64,000 nt of DNA from Acidobacteriota bacterium. GTDB lineage: Bacteria > Acidobacteriota > UBA890 > WLXD01. The DNA lies in assembly GCA_965205505.1 (NCBI GenBank), contig CBDBHB010000009.1:2688001-2752000 (forward strand). The letters run 5' to 3'. This document shows positions 10,757 to 20,414 of the stretch, piece by piece; within the stretch, counting starts at the first letter, position 1; every line of letters starts with the position of its first letter. The translations under genes were made by a program, and so were the position numbers. The notes below the pieces were generated by a model, which saw only the letters and a list, made by a program, of their open reading frames with translations, was not told the DNA's origin and did not search any database.

Positions 10757-12021
10757 TCGGCTGACGGAAAGTCCGCCACCTGCTTCATGTAGCCGCGGTA
10801 GTTGCGCAGCGTCTCCCGCAGGCTGTCACCGCCGAACTTCTCGATGCACGCATCGGCCAATACCAGCGCGGTCATTGCCTCGCCTACGACCGCGGCGGCG
10901 GGCACGGCGCAGGTGTCGGACCTCTGCACCACAGCATCGACCGCTTCGCCGCTGACGATGTCGACGGAGGGCAGCGGCTGTCGGAGCGTCGATAGAGGCT
11001 TCATGTAGACAGTCACCCGCAGCTCACCGCCGTACGTGATACCGCCCTCGGTACCGCCGGCGCGGTTGGTCGGCCGGCCCCAGCGGTTGTCCGGCTCGCG
11101 GATGATCGCGTCGTGCGCCATCGAGCCGGGCTGTGAGGCGCACCAGATCGCCGGCCCGATCTCCACGGCCTTCTGCGCTTGAATCGATAGCAACGCCTGG
11201 CCGAGCCGCGCCTCTAGTCGGCGGTCCCACTGGATGTGGCTCCCTAGACCGGGCGGCAATCCCGTTCCAATGACCTCGAACGCGCCGCCGAGTGTCTCGA
11301 GCTCATCGTGGGCGTGGTCGATGGCTGCAATCATTGCGGCCTCGACCTCGGGGTCGACGCAGCGCACCGGCGACGCATCGGCGCGCTGGCGTACAGATGC
11401 GACCGGCGTCGGTGGGGCACCGGCCTCGATCGCGGCGGCGCCAATGCGCGTCACGTGGCTCGTGACCTCGATGCCGAGATGGCCCAGAAACTGTTTGCAC
11501 AACGCCCCTGCTGCTACCCGCACGGCCGTCTCGCGGGCGCTGGCGCGTTCGAGCACATCACGCAGATCGTCGCGGTCGTACTTCAGCCCGCCGGCCAGGT
11601 CGGCATGCCCCGGCCGCGGCCTCGTGATGCGGCGGATATTCACCGCCGACGGTCGGTTCCCACTCTCCGCCACAGCCTGCGATCCTTCGCCGGCACCATC
11701 GCCATCCGACGAATTGCCGTCCTCCGCAGGAGCTTCCGCCGCCATCACCTCCCGCCAGTTGACCCAGTCGCGATTCTCGATCAGCCAGGCGATCGGGCTC
11801 CCCAGCGTCTCACCGAGTCGCACGCCGCCCACCAGGCGCGCCGCGTCGGCCTCGATCTTCATACGCTTGCCGCGGCCATGACCACCCATGCGGCGGCGCA
11901 GATCAGCGTTGATGGCGTCGACATCGATGGGAATCCCGGCGGGCAGGCCTTCGAGCAGGCCGACCAGCATCGGTCCGTGAGACTCTCCGGCGCTGAGAAA
12001 GCGCAGGCAACGCAGCGACAC
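10753..12021 (-). CDS. aroC: Chorismate synthase
   Basis: LRFLSAGESHG, RPRPGHADLAG, ERASARETAVRVA, TNRAGGTEGG, RSDTCAVPAA. Confidence 0.96.
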   Translation of the reverse strand: MSLRCLRFLSAGESHGPMLVGLLEGLPAGIPIDVDAINADLRRRMGGHGRGKRMKIEADAARLVGGVRLGETLGSPIAWLIENRDWVNWREVMAAEAPAEDGNSSDGDGAGEGSQAVAESGNRPSAVNIRRITRPRPGHADLAGGLKYDRDDLRDVLERASARETAVRVAAGALCKQFLGHLGIEVTSHVTRIGAAAIEAGAPPTPVASVRQRADASPVRCVDPEVEAAMIAAIDHAHDELETLGGAFEVIGTGLPPGLGSHIQWDRRLEARLGQALLSIQAQKAVEIGPAIWCASQPGSMAHDAIIREPDNRWGRPTNRAGGTEGGITYGGELRVTVYMKPLSTLRQPLPSVDIVSGEAVDAVVQRSDTCAVPAAAVVGEAMTALVLADACIEKFGGDSLRETLRNYRGYMKQVADFPSAD

Positions 12022-12220
12022 GATTGACCCCTGGGTTCGAGGGTTACCTGATATACACGCGAACGAGTTTATGCGGTGAAGCATCGTTCCGGCGTCCCGG
12101 CCACTCCTTCCGCACTTCCCTGTACCGACAAGAACGGCCGCGCCTGAGATACTTGGCGCAACCACATGATTGTCCATCTCGTGCATCCTGCATCAAACCA
12201 GCCACTCGCGTGCCCTCGTC

Positions 12221-13786
12221 ATGATCAAGGTTCTCGACACCGCCGCCATGCAAGCGTGTGATCGCGCTGCGATCGACGACTACGGCGTCCGGGGCGACCT
12301 GCTGATGGAAAACGCCGGGTTGCAAGTGGTCGAGGCGCTGACGAGCCACTTCGGCGATCAGCCGCCAGCGAGCGTCGCGGTTTTGTGCGGGCGCGGCAAC
12401 AACGGCGGCGACGGGTTCGTCGTGGCACGCCACCTCCACAACACGGGCGGCGAGGTGGTGGTGTACCTGTTCGGCGAGGGATCGGTGCTGCGTGATGGCG
12501 CCGCCACCAACCATCGAATTGCGGTGACCCTCGGCGTGCCGGTGGTCGAGGTACACAACGAGGAGGCATGGGGCCCGCTGGCAGACGACCTGGCGGAGTT
12601 CGACTGCATCGTGGATGCGCTGCTGGGAACCGGGATCGAAAGCGCCCCTCGGGGTGCCATCGCGGCCGCTATCGAGAGCATCAACGCATCGGATGTTCCC
12701 GTGGTTGCGGTGGACCTGCCGAGCGGGCTGTTGGCCGATACGGGCGCTATTCAGGGCGCTGTCGTGGAGGCGGCCTTGACGGTTGCTCTGGGCGCGCCGA
12801 AGGTCTGCCACCTCTTGGCCCCGGCGAGCGAGACGTGTGGCGAGGTGGTGGTGGTGGACATCGGCCTCCCCACCGCGGTCATCGAAGCGGCGCGGGCCGC
12901 ATTGTGGCGACCGACTCGGGAGGATTGTGCGGCGGGATTGCCGCTCCGCTGGTCCGATAGCCACAAGGGGGATTATGGCCGCGTACTTGTCATCGGCGGG
13001 GCTCCGGGTACCGCCGGCGCCGCGGTGCTGGCGGCGCGCGGTGCGCTGCGGGGTGGGGGAGGTCTGGTGCACGTGCTGTGCCCCGAGACCGCCTATTTGC
13101 CTATTGCCTGCCAGCTTACGGAGGCGCTTGTGCATGTCGCCCCGGCCGGAGCCAGCGGTGGCCTCGGTGCAGACGCCGTGCTGGCGGCGCTCGAGCGTGC
13201 CGAGGCAGCCGACGCCGTGGCGATCGGGCCGGGTATCGGCACCGCTACCGAGACGGTCGCGTTGGTACGGCAGCTAGCGACGGAATGTGCCCGCCCCATG
13301 GTGATCGATGCCGATGGCCTCAACGCGCTCGTCGGCGTCCTTGAAGTGTTGACAGAAGCGGTCGGGCCGCGCGTGCTCACTCCGCATCCTGGCGAGGCGG
13401 CGCGGCTGCTGGGAGTCGATGTCGCCGACGTACAGTCGGATCGAGTCGGCGCAGCACGCGAGCTTACCGAGGCGTCCGGGGCGGTGGTGCTGCTTAAGGG
13501 GCATCGCTCTCTCACCGTCGAGCCCCAACAGGCGCCGGTCGTCAACCTGAGCGGCAATCCGGGGATGGCTACCGGCGGAACGGGCGATGTGTTGACTGGC
13601 CTGATCGCCGCTCTCATCGCGCAGGGGTTGCGCCCGGGGGCGGCCGCCTGGACCGGGGCCTGGCTGCATGGGCTGGCGGGCGATCTCGCAGCACAGCGCC
13701 TCGGGCAGACGGGCTGCCTGGCTTCGGATCTCGTCGACGAGATCCCTGACGCTTTCCGGCGCGTCGCCGAGGGGGCGGAGCCTTGA
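12221..13786 (+). CDS. nnr: Bifunctional NAD(P)H-hydrate epimerase/dehydratase NnrE-NnrD
   Basis: LMENAG, CGRGNNGGDG, VDALLGTG, DSHKGDYGRV, LTPHPGEAARL, MATGGTGDVL. Confidence 0.94.
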   Translation: MIKVLDTAAMQACDRAAIDDYGVRGDLLMENAGLQVVEALTSHFGDQPPASVAVLCGRGNNGGDGFVVARHLHNTGGEVVVYLFGEGSVLRDGAATNHRIAVTLGVPVVEVHNEEAWGPLADDLAEFDCIVDALLGTGIESAPRGAIAAAIESINASDVPVVAVDLPSGLLADTGAIQGAVVEAALTVALGAPKVCHLLAPASETCGEVVVVDIGLPTAVIEAARAALWRPTREDCAAGLPLRWSDSHKGDYGRVLVIGGAPGTAGAAVLAARGALRGGGGLVHVLCPETAYLPIACQLTEALVHVAPAGASGGLGADAVLAALERAEAADAVAIGPGIGTATETVALVRQLATECARPMVIDADGLNALVGVLEVLTEAVGPRVLTPHPGEAARLLGVDVADVQSDRVGAARELTEASGAVVLLKGHRSLTVEPQQAPVVNLSGNPGMATGGTGDVLTGLIAALIAQGLRPGAAAWTGAWLHGLAGDLAAQRLGQTGCLASDLVDEIPDAFRRVAEGAEP

Positions 13787-14232
13787 GCCGCACACGCGAC
13801 TACGTGACCCATAGCGCCGAGGAGACCGAGCATGTCGGCGCCGGTCTCGGTCGCCGGCTTCGCGGTGGCGAGGTGATCCTGATCTTTGGCCCGCTCGGCG
13901 CCGGTAAGACGCAGCTGGTGCGCGGCATCGCGGCCGGGCTAGGGCTCGATCCCGGCCAGGTGTCGAGCCCGTCGTACGCGCTCATCAACGAGTACACCGG
14001 ACGGCGAACGCTCTACCATGTAGATCTATACCGGCTGAGTACAGCCGACCTCCCAGACTTGGGTCTAGAGGACCTCTACGGTCGGGGGTGCGTGGTGGTG
14101 ATCGAGTGGGCCGAGCGTCTAGAGGAGGCTGGATGGGATCTGGGCTCGTCGATCATCGTCGAGGTCGATCATCACCCTGACCGCTCCGACGTGCGCATTA
14201 TCGGCGTCGACGAAGCGGTCTCGGGCGGCTAG
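13783..14232 (+). CDS. tsaE: tRNA threonylcarbamoyladenosine biosynthesis ATPase TsaE
   Basis: GPLGAGKT, VSSPSY, HVDLYRL, IEWAE; directly after nnr. Confidence 0.94.
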   Translation: MSRTRDYVTHSAEETEHVGAGLGRRLRGGEVILIFGPLGAGKTQLVRGIAAGLGLDPGQVSSPSYALINEYTGRRTLYHVDLYRLSTADLPDLGLEDLYGRGCVVVIEWAERLEEAGWDLGSSIIVEVDHHPDRSDVRIIGVDEAVSGG

Positions 14233-14334
14233 ATGAGATGAGATGAGAAGGCCAACCTCCTGAACGCAGTAGCCTGACGGCTCTGCAAACGTTTCTTCAA
14301 ACGTAACGGGCTCGAAGCCCAAGGAGGTTGGCCG

Positions 14335-15377
14335 ATGAGGAGTGTAACGATTGGACTGGACGTAAGCGACCGGTACAGCCGTATGTGCGTGCTCGACAGT
14401 AAGGGCAGGGTGATGGAGGAAGGGCGGGTGAGGACGAGCCCGGAGGGGCTGGCGAGGCGGTTCGGGTGCGAGGAGCCCGCTCGAGTAGTGCTGGAGGTTG
14501 GAACGCACTCGCCGTGGATGAGTGAGCAGTTGAAGCAACTGGGTCATGAGGTGCTGGTGGCTAACCCGAGGCGGCTGAAGCTGATCTATGGCGAGCACGG
14601 ACCGACCGGTTGGATGCCGAGCACCTGGCACGAGTGGGCAGAATGGACCCAAAGCTGCTTAAGACGGTGCAGCATCGAGGCAGACAAGCGCGAGCGGATC
14701 TAGCCGTGATTCGGAGCCGAGATGCTCTGGTAAAGAGCTGCACGCAGTTGGTGAGCCATGTGCGTGGTGCGGTCAAGTCGGCCGGTTGTCGTATTCCCAG
14801 GTGCTCGACGCCGGCGTTCGCGCGCACCGCGCCAGAGCACATACCGGAGCGGCTCAAGGGAGCGCTCGAGCCGGTGCTTGAAACGATCGCCATGCTGACG
14901 GGCAACATCCAGCAATACGAGCGTCAGATCGTGCAGCTGTGCCAGGGGCGATACCCGGAGACACAGCAGCTCCAGCAAGTGGCCGGGGTCGGAGCTCTGA
15001 CCGCACTGGCGTATGTGCTGACGCTCGAGGAGCCGGAGCGGTTCAATACCTCCAGAGCCGTGGGCCCGTACCTGGGACTGAGACCGAAGAAACGGCAGTC
15101 GGGGGACAAGGACCCTGCGCTACGAATAACCAAGGCGGGCGACAAAATGCTCCGACGCCTGTTGGTGGGCTCGGCGCATTACATCCTGGGCCCCTTCGGG
15201 CCCGATACTGAGCTCAGACGCTGGGGGCTCAAGCTGGCCGGACGCGGTGGTCCTCATGGCAACAAAAAGGCAGCAGTTGCTGTCGCCCGTAAGCTCGCCG
15301 TTGTGCTGCACCGACTGTGGCTGAGTGGAGACGAGTACGAACCGTTGCGCGCACCTGTAGAGGTTTCAGCAGCATGA
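14335..15377 (+). pseudogene. IS110/IS1111 DEDD transposase (recombinase), frameshifted near 14600
   Basis: IGLDVS, VVLEVG, [K]TDRLDAEHLAR, GVGALTALAY, YLGLRP..QSG, ITKAGD, AVARKL; two frames (14335-14703, 14610-15377). Confidence 0.9.
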
Positions 15378-15610
15378 ACTAACCCGCAACCAGGAGGTCG
15401 GTAGGGCGACGCGACCCAACGGTTATCGATCTGACCGCCCGGTCCGGGCGACTGCGAAGGTCACTACGAGCTTCGAGCTCGGCAGCTAGATTGCAGCGCC
15501 TCGAATCGGGACGGACCCCAGAATGCACCGGACGACCTGAATCCTCGTCCACCAGAGTGCGAATAGGAGCATGGCGTGCAGATCGATTCTTCGCTGGGCA
15601 CCACATTGCC
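15378..15610 (+). ncRNA. Putative bridge/seekRNA in the IS right non-coding end (boundaries approximate)
   Basis: Stem GGCG-A-CTGCGA/TTGCAG-CGCC enclosing GGTCACTA + hairpin CGAGC-TTCGA-GCTCG + GCAGCTAG, which match both strands of the empty site GGCGGCTAGTGGCC. Confidence 0.7.
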
Positions 15611-15637
15611 CTTGACCGAACTAGGCCTTCTCATAGA

Positions 15638-15772
15638 AGTGGCCTGTAACAGATGGATATCGGCGTTGCGCCTCGTCGATGATGCCTATTGCATCGCCTT
15701 CCTCGCCGCGCCTTGATCTCACCCGCAAATCCCTTCTGCGATATGCGACGATCATCTGTTACAGGCCACTAG
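15638..15772. repeat. Family-B MITE-like element (single module), left end split by the IS1111 insertion
   Basis: IRs (CT)AGTGGCCTGTAACAGATG / CATCTGTTACAGGCCACTAG; internal TCGATGATG-N7-CATCGCC..CCTTG; followed by duplicated AGGCCACTAG (15773-15782). Confidence 0.8.
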
Positions 15773-15849
15773 AGGCCACTAGGCTGGGCTGTCGAGGTCT
15801 CTCTTGTGAGCTTCGTCGCGAGCATGTCGCGCCCCAGCTGCAGCGCCTC

Positions 15850-17496
15850 TCACTTGCTGTCCGAGAAGACGGGCGCCAGTAGATTGTCGACGGGTGCGTG
15901 GTCGTCGGTCAGCACCAACCCACCGCCGCGCTGCAGCACTGTCGCCATCTCTCCACCTAGGTGATCGGCCTCGGCCCAGGCAAACACGTGGCCCCAGGCG
16001 TCCGGAACGTTCTCTTTAGGTCCGATCTCCAGGATCGGTAAGGCTCGTCGAGAGCTCACCACGATGAAAGTGTCGCGCTCGTCCGTGGGTCCATCCGGGT
16101 CGCCAGCGAACACGTAGACGAACGGGAACGTCAATCGCACGGTGCCTACATAAGCACCCAAGAACCGGCCCAGACCCTCACGATAGATATCGATGATGTT
16201 GATCATGTAGACGCCGTCGGGCGTCATTACTTCGGCCAGGCGTTCGTTGAAGCCCCGTGTGGTCAGGTGGTAGGGCACGCCGAGGTCGTTGAACGCGTCT
16301 CCGTATACGAAGTCGAATTGATGTGGGTGCGTCACGCGTCGATTCTGCCGCCGCAGATCGTCGATGTAATTGCGAGCGTCCAGCGTGTGCGTCCGGATGC
16401 GGGTAGCATCGTCGGCGGGCAGGCCCAGAGCGACCTGAGCGGCACGCTTGACTGCCGGGTCGATCTCGGCGACGTCGATATCTGCTGCTGCGAAACGCGT
16501 ATCGAGATAGCGCGGAAACGTAAAACCACCACCGCCGATGAACAGCGCGCGCAAGGGCTCGTCAGTGCTTACCAAGTGGTGGGTCACCGCGGCGTAGACG
16601 GTCTCATAGCCGTAGTCCAGCTGCGTGATGTCGTCCATGTTCACGTAGCTGTGCACGAGATGATCCAGCGCCAACACGCGGGTGTTGTCGAATTCCTCGG
16701 CGTCATAGATCTCGATCGTGAAGTAGCTGCTCTCGTCCTGATAGTGAAGATGGTCGGTAGCGAAGCGTAGGCCCAAGAAATGGCCCCAGCGCTCGCTCCA
16801 CGCCCACGGCGCCACGGTTAGGGCAGAGATCAGAAACAGCAACGATAGCCAGACCACGAAGAACGAAGCAGGGCTGCGGCGCAAACCCCGTCCCGCTAGC
16901 AGGCCCATTGTCCCGAGGCCCGCGGCGATGACGCAGACGATCGTCTTGGTGCCGAAGGCATCGATCAACACGTAGCCGGTAAGGAACGTGCCGAGGATGC
17001 TTCCGGAGGCACCGCTCGCGTACAAGGTTCCAACCGTCGCGCCCACTTCACGTCGCGCTCCGAGAGCCAGCTTGGCTGCCACGGGCGAGATCGTGCCCAT
17101 GATGGTTGCCGGGGCAAGAAACGTGAGGGCGACGTTGCGAAGGATCCAGAGCGGCCAAGAGATGACCTCCGGCCTCTCCCAAGACCCCATCCAGTCGACG
17201 ACGAACAGCACGGAAAGACTCGACATCGAGGCCAGCAGGAACAAGGTCGTCAACAGGGCGCGGGGCGGATACAGGTCAGCAAGCTTGCCGCCGACGTAGT
17301 TGCCCACGGCGATCCCTGCCAGCACCACTCCGATTACCGCCGTCCAGGTGTAGAGCGATACGCCCAGATGCTGTGCTACGAGGCGCGCCGCGACGATCTC
17401 CAGCGTCATGATGAACGCCGAGCTGGTGAACACGACGAGGCTCGCACCCGCGATGGCACGACGCGACGAGGTGTGAGTGGAGTCTGGAGGCGGCAT
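15850..17496 (-). CDS. Fused membrane (MFS-like) / spermidine synthase-like methyltransferase
   Basis: LEIVAARL..HLGVSLYTW TM region; LFIGGGGFTFPR, EIDP, DAFND, LTDDHAPVD. Confidence 0.85.
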   Translation of the reverse strand: MPPPDSTHTSSRRAIAGASLVVFTSSAFIMTLEIVAARLVAQHLGVSLYTWTAVIGVVLAGIAVGNYVGGKLADLYPPRALLTTLFLLASMSSLSVLFVVDWMGSWERPEVISWPLWILRNVALTFLAPATIMGTISPVAAKLALGARREVGATVGTLYASGASGSILGTFLTGYVLIDAFGTKTIVCVIAAGLGTMGLLAGRGLRRSPASFFVVWLSLLFLISALTVAPWAWSERWGHFLGLRFATDHLHYQDESSYFTIEIYDAEEFDNTRVLALDHLVHSYVNMDDITQLDYGYETVYAAVTHHLVSTDEPLRALFIGGGGFTFPRYLDTRFAAADIDVAEIDPAVKRAAQVALGLPADDATRIRTHTLDARNYIDDLRRQNRRVTHPHQFDFVYGDAFNDLGVPYHLTTRGFNERLAEVMTPDGVYMINIIDIYREGLGRFLGAYVGTVRLTFPFVYVFAGDPDGPTDERDTFIVVSSRRALPILEIGPKENVPDAWGHVFAWAEADHLGGEMATVLQRGGGLVLTDDHAPVDNLLAPVFSDSK

Positions 17497-17681
17497 CTCG
17501 TCGGCTCGGGAGGCTAGCGAGTGGGTCGGGCATTGACGCCAGCCCCACTGCTGGGGCTCTACGACAGCGGCCTCATGCGAAGATGGGCATCAGTTCGCCG
17601 CCCGGCGGCTGACGATACCCGCAAGCCTTGACGATTACCAGCAGGGGAAGTGATGCGACGCCGCATTGTTACGCACCCGTC

Positions 17682-18644
17682 ATGCCGGTGACGACTGCCT
17701 CGGTTCCGTCACGAGCTGAGATCGACTCGGCGGCCGCGCGGATTGCGCCCCATGTGCGCCGTACCCCGGTCATCGAGATCGCCGGTGCGGAGCTCGGGCT
17801 ACCGGACGTTCGATTGCTCCTCAAGCTCGAGGTTCTTCAGCACACCGGATCGTTCAAGGCTCGCGGTGCCTTCAACCGGTTGCTCTCTGCCGACGTGCCG
17901 GAGGTCGGTGTGCTGGCGGCCTCGGGAGGCAATCTTGCTCTGGGCGTGGCATTCGCAGCGCGCGAGCTCGGCCACCGCGCCGAGATCTTCGTGCCGGCTA
18001 GCACGCCGACCATGAAGGTGCGTCGGCTGCACGATCTTGGTGCGCAGGTTGTGCAGATCGGTGAGGTCTACGATGAGGCGCGCGAAGCTGCTGATCAACG
18101 CGCGCTGGAGACCAGCGCGCTCGTCGTTCACGCCTACGATCAGCCGCAGATCGTCGCCGGGGCTGGAACGATCGGTCGTGAGCTACAGCAACAGGCGCCT
18201 GACCTCGAGACCGTTCTGGTGGCCGTCGGCGGTGGCGGGTTGATCGGCGGAACGGCGGCCTGGTTGCGCGAGGAGGCAAATGTCGTGGCGGTCGAGCCGG
18301 AGGGGTGCCCGACGCTCTCGCGAGCTCTTGCAGCTGGGAAGCCGGTGCATGTCGAGGTCGGTGGGCTGGCGAAAGACTCGCTCGGGGCAAGCCGGATCGG
18401 CGATATCGGCTTCGCTAGCGCCAGTCGTTGGGTCAGCGAATCCGTGCTGGTGTCGGACGCCTCGATCAAGCGAGCGCAGTGGCTACTGTGGAACCGTCTG
18501 CGGGTGATCGCCGAGCCCGGCGGCGCCACGGCGCTTGCGGCGCTGGTATCCGGTGATGTTCGGCGTCGACCGGATGAGCGTGTCGCGGTGCTCGTCTGTG
18601 GTGGCAACACCGACCCGGCAATAGTGGCCGACCTATCTGAGTAG
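17682..18644 (+). CDS. PLP-dependent serine/threonine dehydratase
   Basis: KLEVLQHTGSFKARGA, AASGGN, VAVGGGGLIGG, AEPGGA, VCGGN. Confidence 0.88.
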   Translation: MPVTTASVPSRAEIDSAAARIAPHVRRTPVIEIAGAELGLPDVRLLLKLEVLQHTGSFKARGAFNRLLSADVPEVGVLAASGGNLALGVAFAARELGHRAEIFVPASTPTMKVRRLHDLGAQVVQIGEVYDEAREAADQRALETSALVVHAYDQPQIVAGAGTIGRELQQQAPDLETVLVAVGGGGLIGGTAAWLREEANVVAVEPEGCPTLSRALAAGKPVHVEVGGLAKDSLGASRIGDIGFASASRWVSESVLVSDASIKRAQWLLWNRLRVIAEPGGATALAALVSGDVRRRPDERVAVLVCGGNTDPAIVADLSE

Positions 18645-18660
18645 CCTCGGTGTCCGCGAG

Positions 18661-18674
18661 CCACGGCCTGCTAG
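18661..18674. repeat. Family-A MITE right-end remnant
   Basis: CCACGGCCTGCTAG is identical to 34209-34222; lies between convergent genes. Confidence 0.5.
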
Positions 18675-18705
18675 CAGGGTGGAGGTGTGGCGGCTGTGCG
18701 ACGGA

Positions 18706-19839
18706 TCAGCCGAAGCGCGTCGGGGAGAACGGGTCCATGGGCAGTCGGGTGGCTCCGTCGACCACCAGGTCAGCAAGGGCCTCGCCCACTACCGGTGCGA
18801 ACTTGAAGCCGTGGCCGGAAAACCCGACGGCGATGAAGACCCCCTCCGCGCTAGGGTGCGGCCCGATGACGAAGTGCGCATCGGGTGTATTGGTGTACAT
18901 GCAGACGGCGCCCTCGAGCCAGCGTCCGTTGAGGGTCGGGATTCGATCGACGAGACAACACCGGACGGCGTCGATGTCGGCCTCATGCACAGTGCGATCC
19001 AGGTGATCTGCCGTCGTCGATTCGCCGCCATGATGGAGTCCTACCTTGACCCCCCCACGCGCCCCATCGAGTGCGGGCAAGCCGTAGAGAACCGGGCCCG
19101 CGCGAGACTCCCACAGGTAGATGGGGAGGCGATCTGGAGCGAAGGCCTCGATGCCGTCCGTAGGCTCGAACCAATGCATCACCTGCCGCTCGACGCTCAG
19201 CTCGGAGTCGAACTCGGGCAAGAGCTGGGAGGCCCAGGCGCCGGCCGTTACGATGAGTGACTTGGCTACGTGCTCATCTGCCTGGGTGCGCACGCGCACG
19301 TCATGGCCGTCCCGACTCCAGCTCAACACCTGCTCGCCGTAGCGTAGGTCGGCTCCGGCGGCCGACGCGGCGTCGAGGCAGGCGGAGACACACGCCTCGG
19401 GTTCGAGCACGCCGGCGACCTCTTCGTAAAATGCTGCCAGATCGTTATCGGGCTGAAACACCGGAAAGCAGCGCCGGATCTCGGCTGCGTCGAGCAACTC
19501 GTGAGGCAGGGAGTGCAACCGTGCGCTTGCCAGGCTGCCGGCTACCGCGTCGCTATCCGGAAGCCCGATCATCAACAGGCTCGTTCTGCGAAGAAGCTCC
19601 TTGTCTGTCATGGCTTCGAGCTCGCGCCAAAGCTCGAAGGATCGCTGCACGAGCGGCACGTAGGCCGGGTCTTCCATATAGGCGGTGCGAATGATGCGCG
19701 ACCTGCCGTGCCCTGATCCGAGCGCATGCGGTGGAACGTGGCGGTCAAGGCCGAGCACCGAGCACCCGCGGGCGGTGAGCTGCCACGCAGCGGCGCTGCC
19801 CATGGTACCCAGACCAACGACGATGGCGTCGTGTGACAA
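18706..19839 (-). CDS. solA: N-methyl-L-tryptophan oxidase / monomeric sarcosine oxidase
   Basis: GLGTMGSA, GSGHGRSRIIR, CMYTNTPD, GFSGHGFKF. Confidence 0.85.
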   Translation of the reverse strand: MSHDAIVVGLGTMGSAAAWQLTARGCSVLGLDRHVPPHALGSGHGRSRIIRTAYMEDPAYVPLVQRSFELWRELEAMTDKELLRRTSLLMIGLPDSDAVAGSLASARLHSLPHELLDAAEIRRCFPVFQPDNDLAAFYEEVAGVLEPEACVSACLDAASAAGADLRYGEQVLSWSRDGHDVRVRTQADEHVAKSLIVTAGAWASQLLPEFDSELSVERQVMHWFEPTDGIEAFAPDRLPIYLWESRAGPVLYGLPALDGARGGVKVGLHHGGESTTADHLDRTVHEADIDAVRCCLVDRIPTLNGRWLEGAVCMYTNTPDAHFVIGPHPSAEGVFIAVGFSGHGFKFAPVVGEALADLVVDGATRLPMDPFSPTRFG

Positions 19840-19930
19840 GGGGGCTCTCCGGCGTGGCTTACGTGGCTCGCCGCGATCGCAGCGACGACGCGCAGCATAC
19901 CGCGGCGCGTTCTTGACGGTGGTGGGCCAC

Positions 19931-19958
19931 GATGCTAGTTTTTTAGCATCATGCTAAA
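19931..19958. promoter_or_regulatory. Palindromic operator candidate for the BlaI-family regulator
   Basis: GATGCTA-N6-TAGCATC overlapping TTTAGCAT-C-ATGCTAAA; AT-rich patch about 60 bp upstream of the gene. Confidence 0.6.
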
Positions 19959-20018
19959 GAAACAACACATGGATCAGCAGGGCGCCCGAACGCGGGGCGC
20001 TGCGACCAGCGAGCTGCC

Positions 20019-20414
20019 ATGAGCGATCAGATTCATCGCGACCTGAGCCGACGAGAGCGCCAGATCATGGACATCCTTTACGAACACGGCGCCTCGAGCG
20101 CTGCCGATGTTCGCGGTCTGATGCCCGCCCCGCCTAGTTACTCGGCCGTTCGCGCCATGCTGCGGGTGTTGGAAGACAAGGGTCATATCGGACACCAACA
20201 AGATGGACCACGTTATGTTTATCGGCCGCTGGTGGCTCGCGAGGAAGCGCGACGCAGCGCCTTACAGCATCTGGTACGGACGTTCTTCGATGGCTCGCGC
20301 GAGGCCGTTGTTGCAGCGCTGCTGAGCGAGGGCAGCGGCGACCTCGACGAGCAGGATCTCGACCGGCTCTCGAAGCTGGTCGAGCTGGCGCGCCACCAGG
20401 AAGCGCAGTCATGA
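20019..20414 (+). CDS. BlaI/MecI/CopY-family transcriptional repressor
   Basis: LSRRERQIMDILY, SYSAVRAMLRVLEDKG, RYVYRP, VRTFFDGS. Confidence 0.92.
   Translation: MSDQIHRDLSRRERQIMDILYEHGASSAADVRGLMPAPPSYSAVRAMLRVLEDKGHIGHQQDGPRYVYRPLVAREEARRSALQHLVRTFFDGSREAVVAALLSEGSGDLDEQDLDRLSKLVELARHQEAQS

Larger units (their letters stand above)
14233..15637 (+). mobile_element. IS110-superfamily element, IS1111-type (subterminal IRs, long 3' non-coding end)
   Basis: ATGAGAAGGCC (14243-14253) and GGCCTTCTCAT (15624-15634) subterminal IRs; AG on both flanks; DEDD transposase. Confidence 0.88.

Noticed and set aside
14598-14606. Programmed frameshift in the IS110 transposase
   Set aside because: No slippery motif; the lesion damages the conserved KTD segment, so mutation or sequence error is more likely.
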